Of a stretch of 64,000 nucleotides of DNA, positions 49,235-60,549 are shown one piece after another; the first letter of the stretch is position 1, and each line of letters opens with the position of its first letter. This DNA comes from Heterodontus francisci. Lineage: Eukaryota. The DNA is taken from contig NW_027140453.1 of NCBI RefSeq assembly GCF_036365525.1, positions 1,240,001-1,304,000 on the forward strand. The letters run 5' to 3'. Both the position numbers and the translations under genes were made by a program. Under the pieces are notes generated by a model. That model ran no database searches, was not told the origin of the DNA, and was given only the letters and a program-made list of their open reading frames with translations.

Positions 49235-49896
49235 GTAGGTGAACGGTTACACCATTGTATTCATTTTACAGTTTAATTGTTGCCTTCAATGGGGAGTGGA
49301 GAGGGTTTAGTTAATGATTTGACCCAATCTCCAGCCTGCCTTTAAAAGAGATTAATTTGCTTCTCTTTTAGAGTAACACTATTGTTAAATTGTTCCATTC
49401 ACTATCCACTGGGATAGTCAAACTTGATAAAGCCATTTGTTGGTCTATTGTTATATTCTGTGATTGCCCACAACTCTCCATTATTCTAGTTATCAATGGG
49501 AATATCAAGAATCTCATTGTAGCTTTTTATGTGAAACTAAAGCCGTACTGGGATGTCGAACATCAGATATTTTGATGGAAAACCCTCTGATTTCACCTCT
49601 CGCAGAGGAATCCGTAGTAAAAGTACATGATAATAATTGATTGTAAAAGATCTCTGGAACTCCCTCTTCAACAAAAAGCTGTGAATCCTGGAGGGCGATT
49701 AGACCTGACAAAATTGAGATGGAAATAACTTTGTTTGGGGAGGTTATCGAGGGATATCGAGATCAGATTGGTAAATGAAGTGAGGTACGGATCAGCCTTT
49801 GAATAGAGGAGCAGGATAGAGGGGCTGAATGGCCGCCTCCTGGTGCAATAGGTTGTCTGGAGGGTAATAGTTTTGTAATGGGAGTGTAACACTGTG

Positions 49897-49952
49897 TTAT
49901 GGAAAGACCGAACCATTATATTTTGGCCAAGGGACCAAGCTCACAGTTTTGG
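49897..49952 (+). CDS. TRBJ: J segment YGKTEPLYFGQGTKLTVL
   Basis: AGTTTTGTA-12-CACTGTG; donor GTATGT. Confidence 0.94.
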
Positions 49953-49990
49953 GTATGTAAATGTTAAAGTCTTTGTTTGTCTAACTAGTC

Positions 49991-50509
49991 CTTGAAGCGG
50001 CCAACACTCCCAGCTGATACACACTACTGAGTCAGCGGCGCTTGAGATGGCTTGGCCATGTGAGCCGCATGGAAGATGGCAGGATCCCCAAAGACACATT
50101 GTACAGCGAGTTCGCCACTGGTATCAGACCCACAGGCCGTCCATGTCTCCGCTATAAAGACGTCTGCAAACGCGACATGAAATCGTGTGACATTGATCAC
50201 ATGTCGTGGGAGTCAGTTGCCAGCGTTCGCCAGAGCTGGCGGGCAGCCATAAAGACAGGGCTAAATTGTGGCGAGTCGAAGAGACTTAGTAGTTGGCAGG
50301 AAAAAAGACAGAGGCGCAAGGGGAGAGCCAACTGTGCAACAGCCCCGACAAACAAATTTCTCTGCAGCACCTGTGGAAGAGCCTGTCACTCCAGAATTGG
50401 CTTTTATAGCCACTCCAGGCGCTGCTTCACAAACCACTGACCACCTCCAGGCGCGTATCCATTGTCTCTCGAGATAAGTAGGCCCAAAAGAAAGAAAAGA
50501 AAGAAGAAG
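49991..50509 (+). mobile_element. 5'-truncated RTE-clade LINE (C-terminus of ORF plus (AAG)n tail)
   Basis: ORF 50042-50440: RWLGHVSRMEDGRIPK...GRPCLRYKD...CSTCGRACHSRIGFYSHSRRC (C2H2-like knuckle), followed by an AAAG/AAG tail. Confidence 0.85.
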
Positions 50510-51686
50510 GGATAGTCTATCATCATATTCTGTAGTTTCCCATTACTGTCCAGTTTTCGAATTATCAACCAGCACATCGACAATCTTATTATCCTTTCAA
50601 AAATATAGAAAATGCTGTGTGACATTAAACCGACAGAGAAGTGCATTGGGTTGTCTAACGTAGAATGTTATGGTGGAAATGCCTTCTTGTGATTGGCTGA
50701 ATTGTTTTGGAATTGGGAGACATTCCTCAGGCTCTTTTCTCAGGAGGGTTATTGGGTGGAGTAGAATCCAGGATAGACATGGCTGTAAAGACATGACCCT
50801 AATACTTTTGTCAATCCATACTTTATGGGCTTGCAGCCAAAATTAAGTCAACAATTCTGAGCTGTTGCCGCATAAAATTGTTAACCTCACACTAATTCAT
50901 AAAAATGACCGCTTCGATTTTGTTTTAGAAGATTGTGCTTTGCCTTCATCCGTATAAAATTCAATCCCATTCTTAAACAGAGTTTGTTCAGCTTGTTATG
51001 ATTAACGTCCTGAAGCAGTGATCTTCTGGAATGAATGCTCACTGTTGATAATGGGACAGACTTCTAAAAAAAACAGTTGATGGAAATAATTCGACAAATA
51101 TGCATGTTGGACACAAGAATACCACTCGGCCCATCTTACTAGAGTCGGCTGTTGGGAAATGTTCTCCAATTCGCCTCCCTCACCCCTTTTCTTTCTATAC
51201 AGCCCTGCAATTTTCGCCTTTTTGAACTATGATCCAATTCTTTTTTGAAGTTCAATATGCAATCAGTATCTATCACACTTTCAGGTAATGCATTCCATAT
51301 CATAACAAGTCGTTGTGTAAAGAAATGGCCCCTCAATAAACATCTGGATCTTTTGCCAATTGCCTTAAATCTATGTTCTCTGGTTGTGAAATCTCCGGCC
51401 AGTGGAATCAGTCTCCCCCTACTGACTCTAACAAAGCCCTTCGTGGCTTTGAAAGCAGCTATTAACTCCCTCCTTCACCTTCTCTGGGAGAACAATCCCA
51501 GCTTCTCCAGTCTGTCCACATAACTGAGTCCCTCATTTCTAGGACCATTCCAGTAAATCTCTCTCTGCACGCTCTCCAAGACCTTGACATCCTTCCAAAA
51601 GTGTGGTGCCCTGAATTGGGCACGAGACTCCAGCTCAGGCCTAACTGAGGGCCCTGGTAGTTTTACAACTGGCCTGTGACATTGTG

Positions 51687-51739
51687 TTCAGCTGGGACCT
51701 CGATCTCTTACTTTGGCTCTGGGATTACGTTCTAGGTCG
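51687..51739 (+). pseudogene. TRBJ: Pseudo-J SAGTSISYFGSGITF*
   Basis: AGTTTTACA-12-CATTGTG is intact, but there is an in-frame TAG at 51733-51735. Confidence 0.8.
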
Positions 51740-52301
51740 GTAAACAAGAATAGATCTCAATATTCAAATTTAATTCGCTCTAAGTGTTCATTCATTGCTT
51801 CGTAATTCTGCCAAAACTCACAAACCTGGCCACATACTGGAAAACTTGAGTAAATTTGAATCCCAAGATGCACAATTTTGCAAAGACAACGTTACCAGAC
51901 TTCTCTGTGTCTACCCTCCGGAACCCCCCCCCCCCCCCCACCCTTTCATAATCTTAGACGCCTCTTTCAGGTCACCTCTAAGCCTTCTCTTATCTATCAT
52001 AAAGGCTATTCAGTCTTTCCTGATTGGTAAATATGTATGAAGACGAGAACTGTGCACAGTGATCCAAGTGTGGTCTAACCGAGGGATATGGAGACCAGAA
52101 CTGTGCACAGAGCTCCAAGAACGTCTAATCAAATTTTACCATAATTTCTCTGTTTTCAAATGGAATGGTGGAGAAAAGGTCAGAAAAATCTACACATTGC
52201 AATTGGTTGAATGATAATTGTTCCAAGGTGTCAGCGCATTCGATGAAGTATCATGTAATCATTGGTACCCAGCAGTTTTAATACTGCTTTGTAACACTGT
52301 G

Positions 52302-52357
52302 TTCTGGAAACAGCACACCTCTCCGCTTTGGCGATGGGACAAGATTAACAGTTCTGG
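52302..52357 (+). CDS. TRBJ: J segment SGNSTPLRFGDGTRLTVL
   Basis: AGTTTTAAT-12-CACTGTG; donor GTATGT. Confidence 0.93.
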
Positions 52358-52964
52358 GTATGTAAAACCGAGCGATTTGTCCCCCCAGTGTTCAATGTAA
52401 AAGCATTAAGCTTCACCAATGTAAAAGCAGAGAGGCAAGGCTCAACTAGTAGTGATTATCTTAAAGGCTGAACTCAGGAAGGGCCACTGTCGAGTTTATA
52501 ACAGATGCAAACCCTAGACAACGAGTTTGTAATGGACTCCAATCAAACATAAGAAGCCACAAAGGACCATTCATCCCTTGAGCATCTTCCACCATTCACT
52601 TAAATTATGGCTGAGTTTTATCTTAGCGCCAGCTACCGTCAAACAAAAATTCTTGAATGTAATAAACAAAGACTAGATCTCGTCAAGGTTGTAGAAGATT
52701 AGATACTAAATGGCAAACTCACCTAGTCTTCCTTCAAGAAAATAACTAAATTGAGTTCATAAGGAATTGACTTAAATTTATGCTGAAACACTATCGAAAA
52801 TCAGATTTCAAAGTGAGAGATATGTGGCAATGTCCAAACAGTTTAACAATTTCACTACATGCTCACTTGATATACTAAATAAATACAGTGAACAAGCTAC
52901 AGTATTGACAGTCTACGGGAACTGTTAGGCCATCCTAGTTTTCTGATAGGAATGTAGCATTGTG

Positions 52965-53016
52965 GATGCAACTGCTAACGTTCATTTTGGCCACAGTCCC
53001 AAATTAACAGTGTTGG
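52965..53016 (+). pseudogene. TRBJ: Non-canonical J (open) DATANVHFGHSPKLTVL
   Basis: AGTTTTCTG-12-CATTGTG; FGHS; donor GTAAGT. Confidence 0.78.
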
Positions 53017-54023
53017 GTAAGTTTTAAAAAATGTAACGTTTTGAGTGCGTCAATTAAGTTAGTTGTATATTTACCCATGGCATTACACTCCAGTACAAAA
53101 CTGCACAGAGCTGCATGTCTGACCCTGCTTCCCAGATTTCCCTCGTTGCCCCACTTATTACCAAATTATCGTAATAATTATTATATTTAATTCGCAATAT
53201 TTCAGCAAGATATATTCTGAAAACTGGTAGGGTAATGCAGAGAAGATTAAGTGGTGGTGGGGTGATTGATACCAGGGAGAAAAGATTTCAGCTTTGTAGA
53301 GAGACTGGAAAAGCAGAATGTTGTTCTCCTTGGAGCAGAGAAGGTTAAAGAAGATTTGCTTGTGTGGTACCAGGGATGAAGGACTTCAATTGTGTGGAGA
53401 TACTGGAGAAACTGGGGTTGTTCTCCTCAGAGAAGAGAAGGTTAATGTGGGAATTAATATCATATTCAAAATGCCCAAAATCATATGGTTTGTAAGAGAG
53501 TAAATAAGAATAACTCATTTCTGCTGGGAGAAGGGTCGGTAAGCAGAGAGAACAGATTTGTGATTGGTAAAAGAAACAAAGAGGGAGATGAGCATTTGTT
53601 TTTACACAGCCAGTTGTTGTCATGTGGAATGCACTGCCTGAAAATAGCTTAAACAATGCATTTGATGCATACTTGAAGGCTAACAATTGTAGGGTTATGG
53701 GGAAACAGCAAGAAGCTCTGGGTGTTAGCAGAAGATTGAGCAACCTGAAGGCTTAATTCTAATTGGTATCCCCTGATGCAGTACGACATCGTACTTGGCT
53801 GCATCTTTAATATTGACCAATATCCAATAATAACAGCAAACAAAGCACAGGGCTTCCTTTGCAGGGGATTAGCTAGCATTCCAAAGCACAGAAGTTACAT
53901 GAAACTTATATAGAACTTTGGTTCGATCGTTGCAATTTCAATATATTATCCCCAGCACCAACTGCATCCATCTAGAGGGGAGAGACACTCTTGTTAGTTT
54001 TAGTGTAGGGTTGTAGCATGGTG

Positions 54024-54074
54024 CTTCAGGATATGAACAGTATTTTGGAGGGGGCACGAAGCTAAGCGTTTCGG
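54024..54074 (+). CDS. TRBJ: J segment SGYEQYFGGGTKLSVS
   Basis: AGTTTTAGT-12-CATGGTG; donor GTGAGT. Confidence 0.93.
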
Positions 54075-55014
54075 GTGAGTAGCTGACAGTACAAGAGGTC
54101 TCAGTTAATGATGGATGGACCAAGGTCTGCTGTTGTTCTCCGGTTGCAGTTCTCTAATTGTGGGGAGGGATTTTAGCAGATCAACACAAGGATTCATTTC
54201 ACGTGTGGGGGATATTTACGCGGGATTAGTGCATTGTTCTGTCAGTGAGGCGGTGGCTCCTTATTTCTGTAACTTCCGCTAGTCCTAATAGAAACCCTGA
54301 TGATTTCTCAGTGCTCCTCCAATTCTGGCCTCTTGTGCATCCTCCATTCCCTTGAACCCACCATTGGCTGCTGTGCCTTCAGCTGCCTGAGCCCTAAACC
54401 CTGGAATTCCCTCCTTAAACCCCTCCGCTCCTCTACCTCTCTCCTTCTTTAAGAAGCATCTTAGAACCTACTTCTTTGACTGGTCACCTGTCCCTAATAT
54501 CTCCTTGTATAACTCGATATCATGTTGCTGTCTGAGTTGCTCCTCTGTTGAGATTTTGCACTACATCAACGGGGTTAGATAAATGCAATGTTTCGTTGTT
54601 ATTAATCACCAGGTAGGCCTCGCCTGGAGTATTGTGACCAGTTCATGGTTAACACACTTTAGGAAGGATGTCAAGGCCATAGAGAGGGTGCAGAAGATGT
54701 TTACTAGAATGGTACCAGACATGGGGAGGTATCACTTATGTGTAGAGATGGGAGAAGCTGGGATTGTTCTACTCAGAGCAGAGAAGGCGAAGGGGAGATT
54801 AGTGTTGTTTTATTAAGATTATTCTTACAATAAAGACACATTCGCAAGTAACCAGGAAAAGCAGACAAAATATAAAGGGAAAATTAATTGAAGACAAACA
54901 ACAGCGTGGTGAATCCCGGAGGGAGGAAGTCCCAATAAAAGTACAATTGTTCAGACCAAAATTAAACTTGTGTTCAGCCCCTTTGCAAACAGGCAGATTT
55001 TGGACAGCAACGTG

Positions 55015-55066
55015 CACAAGGCACTTTCGTGTATTGCAGCAAAGGTACCAAACTAACGAGTGCTAG
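55015..55066 (+). pseudogene. TRBJ: Pseudo-J QGTFVYCSKGTKLT(frameshift)VL
   Basis: Heptamer CAACGTG; FG lost; 1-nt insertion before GTGCTAG|GTAAAG. Confidence 0.65.
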
Positions 55067-56040
55067 GTAAAGACGCACCATTTTCAAACTGCATCTGTCA
55101 ACTGCAGCTCAACAGGTTGAGAAAGAGACCAGTTCTCAAAATGCTGCTTGGGTTTAAGTATTTCAGTGAAGTTACACAGTGGTGACACTCTTACCTCCGA
55201 GTCAAAAGAAAAAGCGAATTCCACATTGTCACTATTCTCTGGGTGAAGAGACGTCTCCTGAAATCTCCAATGGTTCAATATTCAGAACAGAAATATAACA
55301 AGATTCGGCATCAGTCATTGTGTTAATGATTTTATCATTTTAATATTCATGGAATTCTCACAGAGTCTTGACTGTAAACCCAAACCTGTTCAGGTATTTC
55401 TTTCGCAATATTACGCTCATAGAGCTTGAGAGTTAAAGAACTGACTGTGGAGTGTAGTCACTGTTGTAATGCAGGGAAAGATTTCAGCCAAAATGCGCAC
55501 AGCAAGATCCCACAAGCATCATTGCACTAAATGACCAGATAACCGGAAATGGTGGATGTGAAGTGTTGAATGACGGATAATTATTGGCTCGGACACACTC
55601 CCCTTATTTTCTTTGAGCCAATACATTGTTTCTCAAACGGTACAATTTTAAATTGGGTGCAGGGACAGAGAAACCAGGGGGATGTATGTTCATAAATCTA
55701 TGAAGGTGGCAGGGCAGGTTCAAAAGGCTATCAAAGGGCACACTGAATCCTTTTGGCTCTGTAAACAGAGGCACAGAGGGCAAAAGCAAAGCTGTTATCA
55801 TGAACATTTATAAAACACTGTTTAGGCCTCAGTAGCAGCATTGTGTTCCATTTTGGTGCCACCCTTTGGAAAACAGGTTTAAGTCCCCAGAGAGAATGCA
55901 GAGTAGATTGACTGGAATGGCTCCAGGGTTAGAACATAGAACATAGAACATAGAAAAATACAGCACAGAACAGGCCCTTCGGCCCACGATGTTGTGCCGA
56001 TCCTTTGTCCTCTGTCAAGGACAATTTAATCTATACCCCA

Positions 56041-58851
56041 TCATTCTCCTTTATCCATATACCTATCTAAAAGCCGTTTGAAAGTCCCTAAAGTTTCTGA
56101 CTCAACAACTTCCCCAGGCAAGGCATTCCATGTCCCGACCACTCTCTGGGTAAAGAACCTTCCCCTGACATCCCCCTTATATCTCCCACCCTTCACTTTA
56201 AATTTATGACCCCTTGTAACGCTTTGCTCCACCCGGGGAAAAAGTTTCTGACTGTCTACCCTATCTATTCCCCTGATCATCTTATAAACCTCTATCATGT
56301 CACCCCTCATCCTTCTCCGTTCTAATGAGAAGAGGCCTAGAATGTTCAGCCTTTCCTCGTAAGACTTATTCTCCATTCCAGGCAACATCCTGGTAAATCT
56401 CCTCTGCACCCTCTCCAAGGCATCCACATCCTTCCTAAAATGAGGCGACCAGAACTGCACACAGTACTCCAAATGAGGCCTTACCAAGGTCCTGTACAGC
56501 TGCATTATCACCTCACGGCTCTTAAATTCAATCCCTCTGCTAATGAACGCTAACACCCCATATGCCTTCTTCACAGCCCTATCCACTTGAGTTGCAACTT
56601 TCAACGATCTATGCACATAGACCCCAAGGTCTCTCTGCTCCTCCACATGCCCAAGAACCCTACCGTTAACCCAGTATTTTGCATTCGTGTTTGTCCTTCC
56701 AAAATGGACGACCTCACACTTTTCAGGGTTAAACTCCATCTGCCACTTTTCAGCCCAGCACTGCAACCTATCCAAGTCCCTTTGCAGACGACAATAGCCC
56801 TCCTCGGTATCCACAACTCCACCAACCTTTGTATCATCTGCAAATTTACTGACCCACCCTTCGACTTCCTCATCCAAGTCGTTAATAAAAATCACAAACA
56901 GGAGAGGACCCAGAACTGATCCCTGCGGCACGCCACTGGTAACTGGGCTCCAGGCTGAGTAGTTACCATCTAAGACCACTCTCTGCCTTCTATCAGTTAG
57001 CCAATTCTTAATCCAACTGGCCACATTCCCCACTATCCCATGCCTCCTGACTTTCTCCATAAGTCTACCATGGGGGACCTTATCAAATGCCTTACTAAAA
57101 TCCATGTACACCACATCCACTGGTTTACCCTCATCCACTTGCTTGGTCACCTGCTCAAAGAATTCAATCAGGCTTGTGAGGCAAGACCTACCCCTCACAA
57201 AACCGTGCTGACTGTCCCGAATCAAGCAGTGTCTTTCCAGATGCTCAGAAATCCTATCCCTCAGCACCTTTTCCATCAACTTGCCTACCACCGAAGTAAG
57301 ACTAACTGGCCTGTAATTCCCAGGGTTGTTCCTATTCCCTTTCTTGAACAGGGGCACAACATTTGCCACCCTCCAATCACCTGGTACCACCCCCGTCAAC
57401 AGAGAAGATGAAAAGATCATTGCCAGCGGCTCTGCAATTTCATCCCTTGCTTCCCATAACATCCTTGGATATACCCCGTCAGGCCCGGGAGACTTGTCTA
57501 TCTTCAAGTTATTCAAAAACCCCAACACATCTTCCCTCCTAACGAGCACTTCCTCGAGCTTACCAGTCTGTTTCACACCGTCCTCTTCAGTAATACACCC
57601 CTTCTCATTCGTAAATACCGAAGAGAAGTACTCATTCAAAACCTCACTTATCTCTTCCGGCTCAACACACAGTCTCCCGCTATTGTCCTTGACCGGACCT
57701 ACGGTCCCCCTAGTCATCCTCATATTTCTGACATACGCGTAAAAGGCCTTGGGGTTTTCTTTTATCCTACCCGCCAAGCATTTTTCATGCCCTCTCTTAG
57801 CTCTCCTAATCCCTTTCTTCAGATCCTTCCTGGCCATCTTGTATCCCTCCAGAGCTATGCCTGTGCCCTTTTTCCTCAACCTTATATACGCATCCTTCTT
57901 CTTCCTAACAAGACTCTCAACCTCTCTTGTCAACCACGGTTCCCTCACATGACCATCCCTTCCCTGTCTGACAGGGACATGCTTATCAATGGCCCCTACT
58001 ATCTGCTCCTTGAAATAGTTCCACATTTCGACCGTGCCCTTCCCTGCCAGCATATGCTCCCAACTTATGCTCCTCAGTTCCTGCCTGACAGCATCATATC
58101 TACCCTTCCCCCAATTGTAAACCTTGCCCTGTTGCACATACCTATCCCTCTCCATTACCACAGTGAATGCTACAGAATTGTGATCACTATCTCCAAAGTG
58201 CTCGCCCACCAACAGCTCTATCACTTGCCCTGGTTCATTACCTAGTACCAAATCCAATATTGCCTCCCCTCTGGTCGGGCAGTCTACATACTGAGTCAGA
58301 AAAGCTTCCTGGACATACTGCACAAACACTACCCCATCCAAACTATTCGATCTAAAGAGTTGCCAATCAATATTTGGGAAGTTGAAATCCCCCATAATTA
58401 CTACCCTGTGACTTCTGCTCCTTTCCAAAATCTGTTTCCCAATCTGCTCTTCCACCTCCCTGCTGCTATTGGGGGGCCGATAGAAAACTCCCATCAAGGT
58501 GACTGCTCCTTTCCTGTTCCTGACCTCAACCCACAGTGCCTCAGTCGGCAGATCCTCCTCGAAAATTCTTTCAGCAGTTGTTACACTATTTCTAACTAAC
58601 AATGCCACCCCCCCACCTCTTTTACCACCATTCCTAATCTTATGAAAACATCTATAACCAGGTACCTCCAAGAACCATTCCTCCCCCTCACCTATCCACG
58701 TTTCAGTGATGGCCACAACATCGTAGTCCCAAGTGCCCATCCACGCCTTCAATTCACTCACCTTATTCCTGATGCTTCTTGCGTTGAAGTATACGCACTT
58801 TAACCCTTCTCCGTGCCCATCTGTCCTCTGCGACAGTGCTACCTTCCCCAA
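56041..58851 (-). CDS. LINE ORF2: APE endonuclease plus reverse transcriptase (936 aa open; track start is TTG)
   Basis: YFNARSI, VAITETW, GDFNFP and SDH endonuclease motifs; YRPVSLTS, DFSKAFD, GVPQGSVLGP and FADD RT motifs. Confidence 0.95.
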   Translation of the reverse strand: MGKVALSQRTDGHGEGLKCVYFNARSIRNKVSELKAWMGTWDYDVVAITETWIGEGEEWFLEVPGYRCFHKIRNGGKRGGGVALLVRNSVTTAERIFEEDLPTEALWVEVRNRKGAVTLMGVFYRPPNSSREVEEQIGKQILERSRSHRVVIMGDFNFPNIDWQLFRSNSLDGVVFVQYVQEAFLTQYVDCPTRGEAILDLVLGNEPGQVIELLVGEHFGDSDHNSVAFTVVMERDRYVQQGKVYNWGKGRYDAVRQELRSISWEHMLAGKGTVEMWNYFKEQIVGAIDKHVPVRQGRDGHVREPWLTREVESLVRKKKDAYIRLRKKGTGIALEGYKMARKDLKKGIRRAKRGHEKCLAGRIKENPKAFYAYVRNMRMTRGTVGPVKDNSGRLCVEPEEISEVLNEYFSSVFTNEKGCITEEDGVKQTGKLEEVLVRREDVLGFLNNLKIDKSPGPDGVYPRMLWEARDEIAEPLAMIFSSSLLTGVVPGDWRVANVVPLFKKGNRNNPGNYRPVSLTSVVGKLMEKVLRDRISEHLERHCLIRDSQHGFVRGRSCLTSLIEFFEQVTKQVDEGKPVDVVYMDFSKAFDKVPHGRLMEKVRRHGIVGNVASWIKNWLTDRRQRVVLDGNYSAWSPVTSGVPQGSVLGPLLFVIFINDLDEEVEGWVSKFADDTKVGGVVDTEEGYCRLQRDLDRLQCWAEKWQMEFNPEKCEVVHFGRTNTNAKYWVNGRVLGHVEEQRDLGVYVHRSLKVATQVDRAVKKAYGVLAFISRGIEFKSREVIMQLYRTLVRPHLEYCVQFWSPHFRKDVDALERVQRRFTRMLPGMENKSYEERLNILGLFSLERRRMRGDMIEVYKMIRGIDRVDSQKLFPRVEQSVTRGHKFKVKGGRYKGDVRGRFFTQRVVGTWNALPGEVVESETLGTFKRLLDRYMDKGE

Positions 58852-58931
58852 TACCTCACTACACTCTTTGTCTTTCTGAGTGGACCCACTGGTCCCTGGA
58901 CTACAAGTCCGGTTCCCATCCCCCTCCCAAA

Positions 58932-59143
58932 CTAGTTTAAACCCTCCCGAACAGTACTAGCAAACCTCCCTCCCAGGATATTGGTGCCCCTCTGGTTCAG
59001 ATGCAGCCCGTCCTGTTTGAACAGGTCCCATCTTCCCCAGAATGCAGTCCAATTATCCAAGAACTGGAAGCCCTCTCTTCTACACCATTCCTGCAGCCAC
59101 GTGTTCAGCTGTGCTCTCTCCCTATTCCTAGCCTCACTATCAC
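58932..59143 (-). pseudogene. C-terminal remnant of CR1 ORF1 (SGNH/esterase-like)
   Basis: Minus-strand translation WLQEWCRREGFQFLDNWTAFWGRWDLFKQDGLHLNQRGTNILGGRFASTVREGLN*. Confidence 0.8.
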
Positions 59144-59664
59144 GTTAAGGAAATTCAGAAATCGTGAAGAGATTGTAGAAGCTGGGATTGTTCTCCTTAG
59201 AGCAGAGAAGGTACAGGGAAAATTTTAATCGAGGTGCTGAAACTCAGGAAGGCTTTCGATAGAGTTAAAAGGGAGAAACCTTTTTTTCCAGTGGTAGGAG
59301 GTTCGGTAACCAGAAGGACACAGATTTAAGGTCGTTGGCAAAAAAAAAAGGGGATGAGGAAATATTTTGTTTAAACAGCGATTTGTTGTGATTCGGAATG
59401 TAATGCCTGACATGGTGCTGAAAGCAGATTCAATAGTAGCTTCACTTCAAAAGTAGCTTTCAAAAGGGAAATAGAGAGAGTTTGAAGGTACATAGTTTAC
59501 TGGGTTATGTGAGAAGAACAGGGTGGGGAGTAGGATTAATTGGCTAGTTCTACCAAAGAGCTGGAATTCACACAACAGGCCGAATGGTCCCCTCCTTTCA
59601 TGTGTGAGTTTACGGTAGCACTAATTATTAAATATTACATTTGGGGGAAGAGACAAGAGTAGGA

Positions 59665-60250
59665 TTAGAATCATAATACAGCACAGAGGGGGGCCATTCA
59701 GCCCATCGAGTCCATGCCAGCTCTCTGTCTGGCAATCCAATCAGTCCCACTCCCTCGCTCTATCCCTGTGGCCCTGCAAGTTAATTTGCCTCAAGTGTCC
59801 ATCCAATTTCCTTCTGAAATCATTCATTGTCTCCGCTTCCACCACCCTTGTAGGCAGCGAGTTCCAGGTCATTACCACACGTGGCATAAAAGTGTCCCTC
59901 CTCACATCCCCCTGCATCTTTTGCACAGCACCAGAAATCTGTCTCTTCTGGTCCTTGTACCAACAACTAATAGGTGACGCATTTCTTTGTCTACCTTATC
60001 CAAATCCGTCATAATCTTGTACACTTCTATCAAATCTCCCCTCAATCTCCTTTGCTCCAAGCAGAACAATCCCAGCTTCTCCAACCTAACCTTGTAGCTA
60101 AAATCCTTCATCCCTGGAACCATTCTGTTAAATATCCTCTGCACCCTCTCAAGGACATTCACTACCTTCCTCAAATGTGGTGATCAGAACTGGCTGCAAA
60201 ACTCTAGTTGTGGCCTAACCAGAGCTTTATAAATGTTCCCCATAACTTCC
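59665..60250 (-). mobile_element. CR1-clade LINE 3' fragment
   Basis: Minus ORF 59902-60174 (LERVQRIFNRMVPGM...RLRGDLIEVYKIM). Confidence 0.85.
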
Positions 60251-60496
60251 CAGATAGGAAAGGGCTCTAGATAATGGGACATGGTGAGTGATAGCCTGGT
60301 TATTGAGAACAGGCTGGCCCAGAGTTCAGGGTAACACTTTTCAGATAGACAGGAGAACCTCTTTCATAATGAGACAGACTTGTACTTCACTCAATGACGA
60401 AGAGGTTCAGATGATCAGTTTCTGCCACTTTGGGTTAAAATGTACAAAAGCAGGTCGAGGTTGCAAACTGATTCTACGTTTTATGACTGATCGGTG

Positions 60497-60549
60497 CTTG
60501 AGAAACAGAGAGGTTTATTCTGGAGTTGGCACAAAATTAACTGCTCTGG
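60497..60549 (+). pseudogene. TRBJ: Relic J LRNREVYSGVGTKLTAL just upstream of C exon 1
   Basis: ATCGGTG heptamer-like; F-to-S change in the FGXG motif; donor GT replaced by CT. Confidence 0.65.

Larger units (their letters stand above)
55931..59143 (-). mobile_element. Young 5'-truncated CR1-clade LINE in the J-C intron, nested in an older + strand CR1 fragment
   Basis: (TTCTATG)n 3' tail at 55931-55955, intact ORF2, and the end of ORF1. The older element breaks at CCAGGGTT and resumes at AAGGAAATTCAG. Confidence 0.93.

Noticed and set aside
50690-50735. FGIG-encoding stretch
   Set aside because: No TxLxV, no RSS and no splice donor.
56587-58599. Plus-strand ORFs overlapping LINE ORF2
   Set aside because: They are antisense shadows of the intact ORF2 with no independent motifs.
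59600-59665. J-like remnant (..CATTTGGGGGAAGAGACAAGAGTA..)
   Set aside because: No FGXG, stops are present, and there is no convincing RSS or donor.
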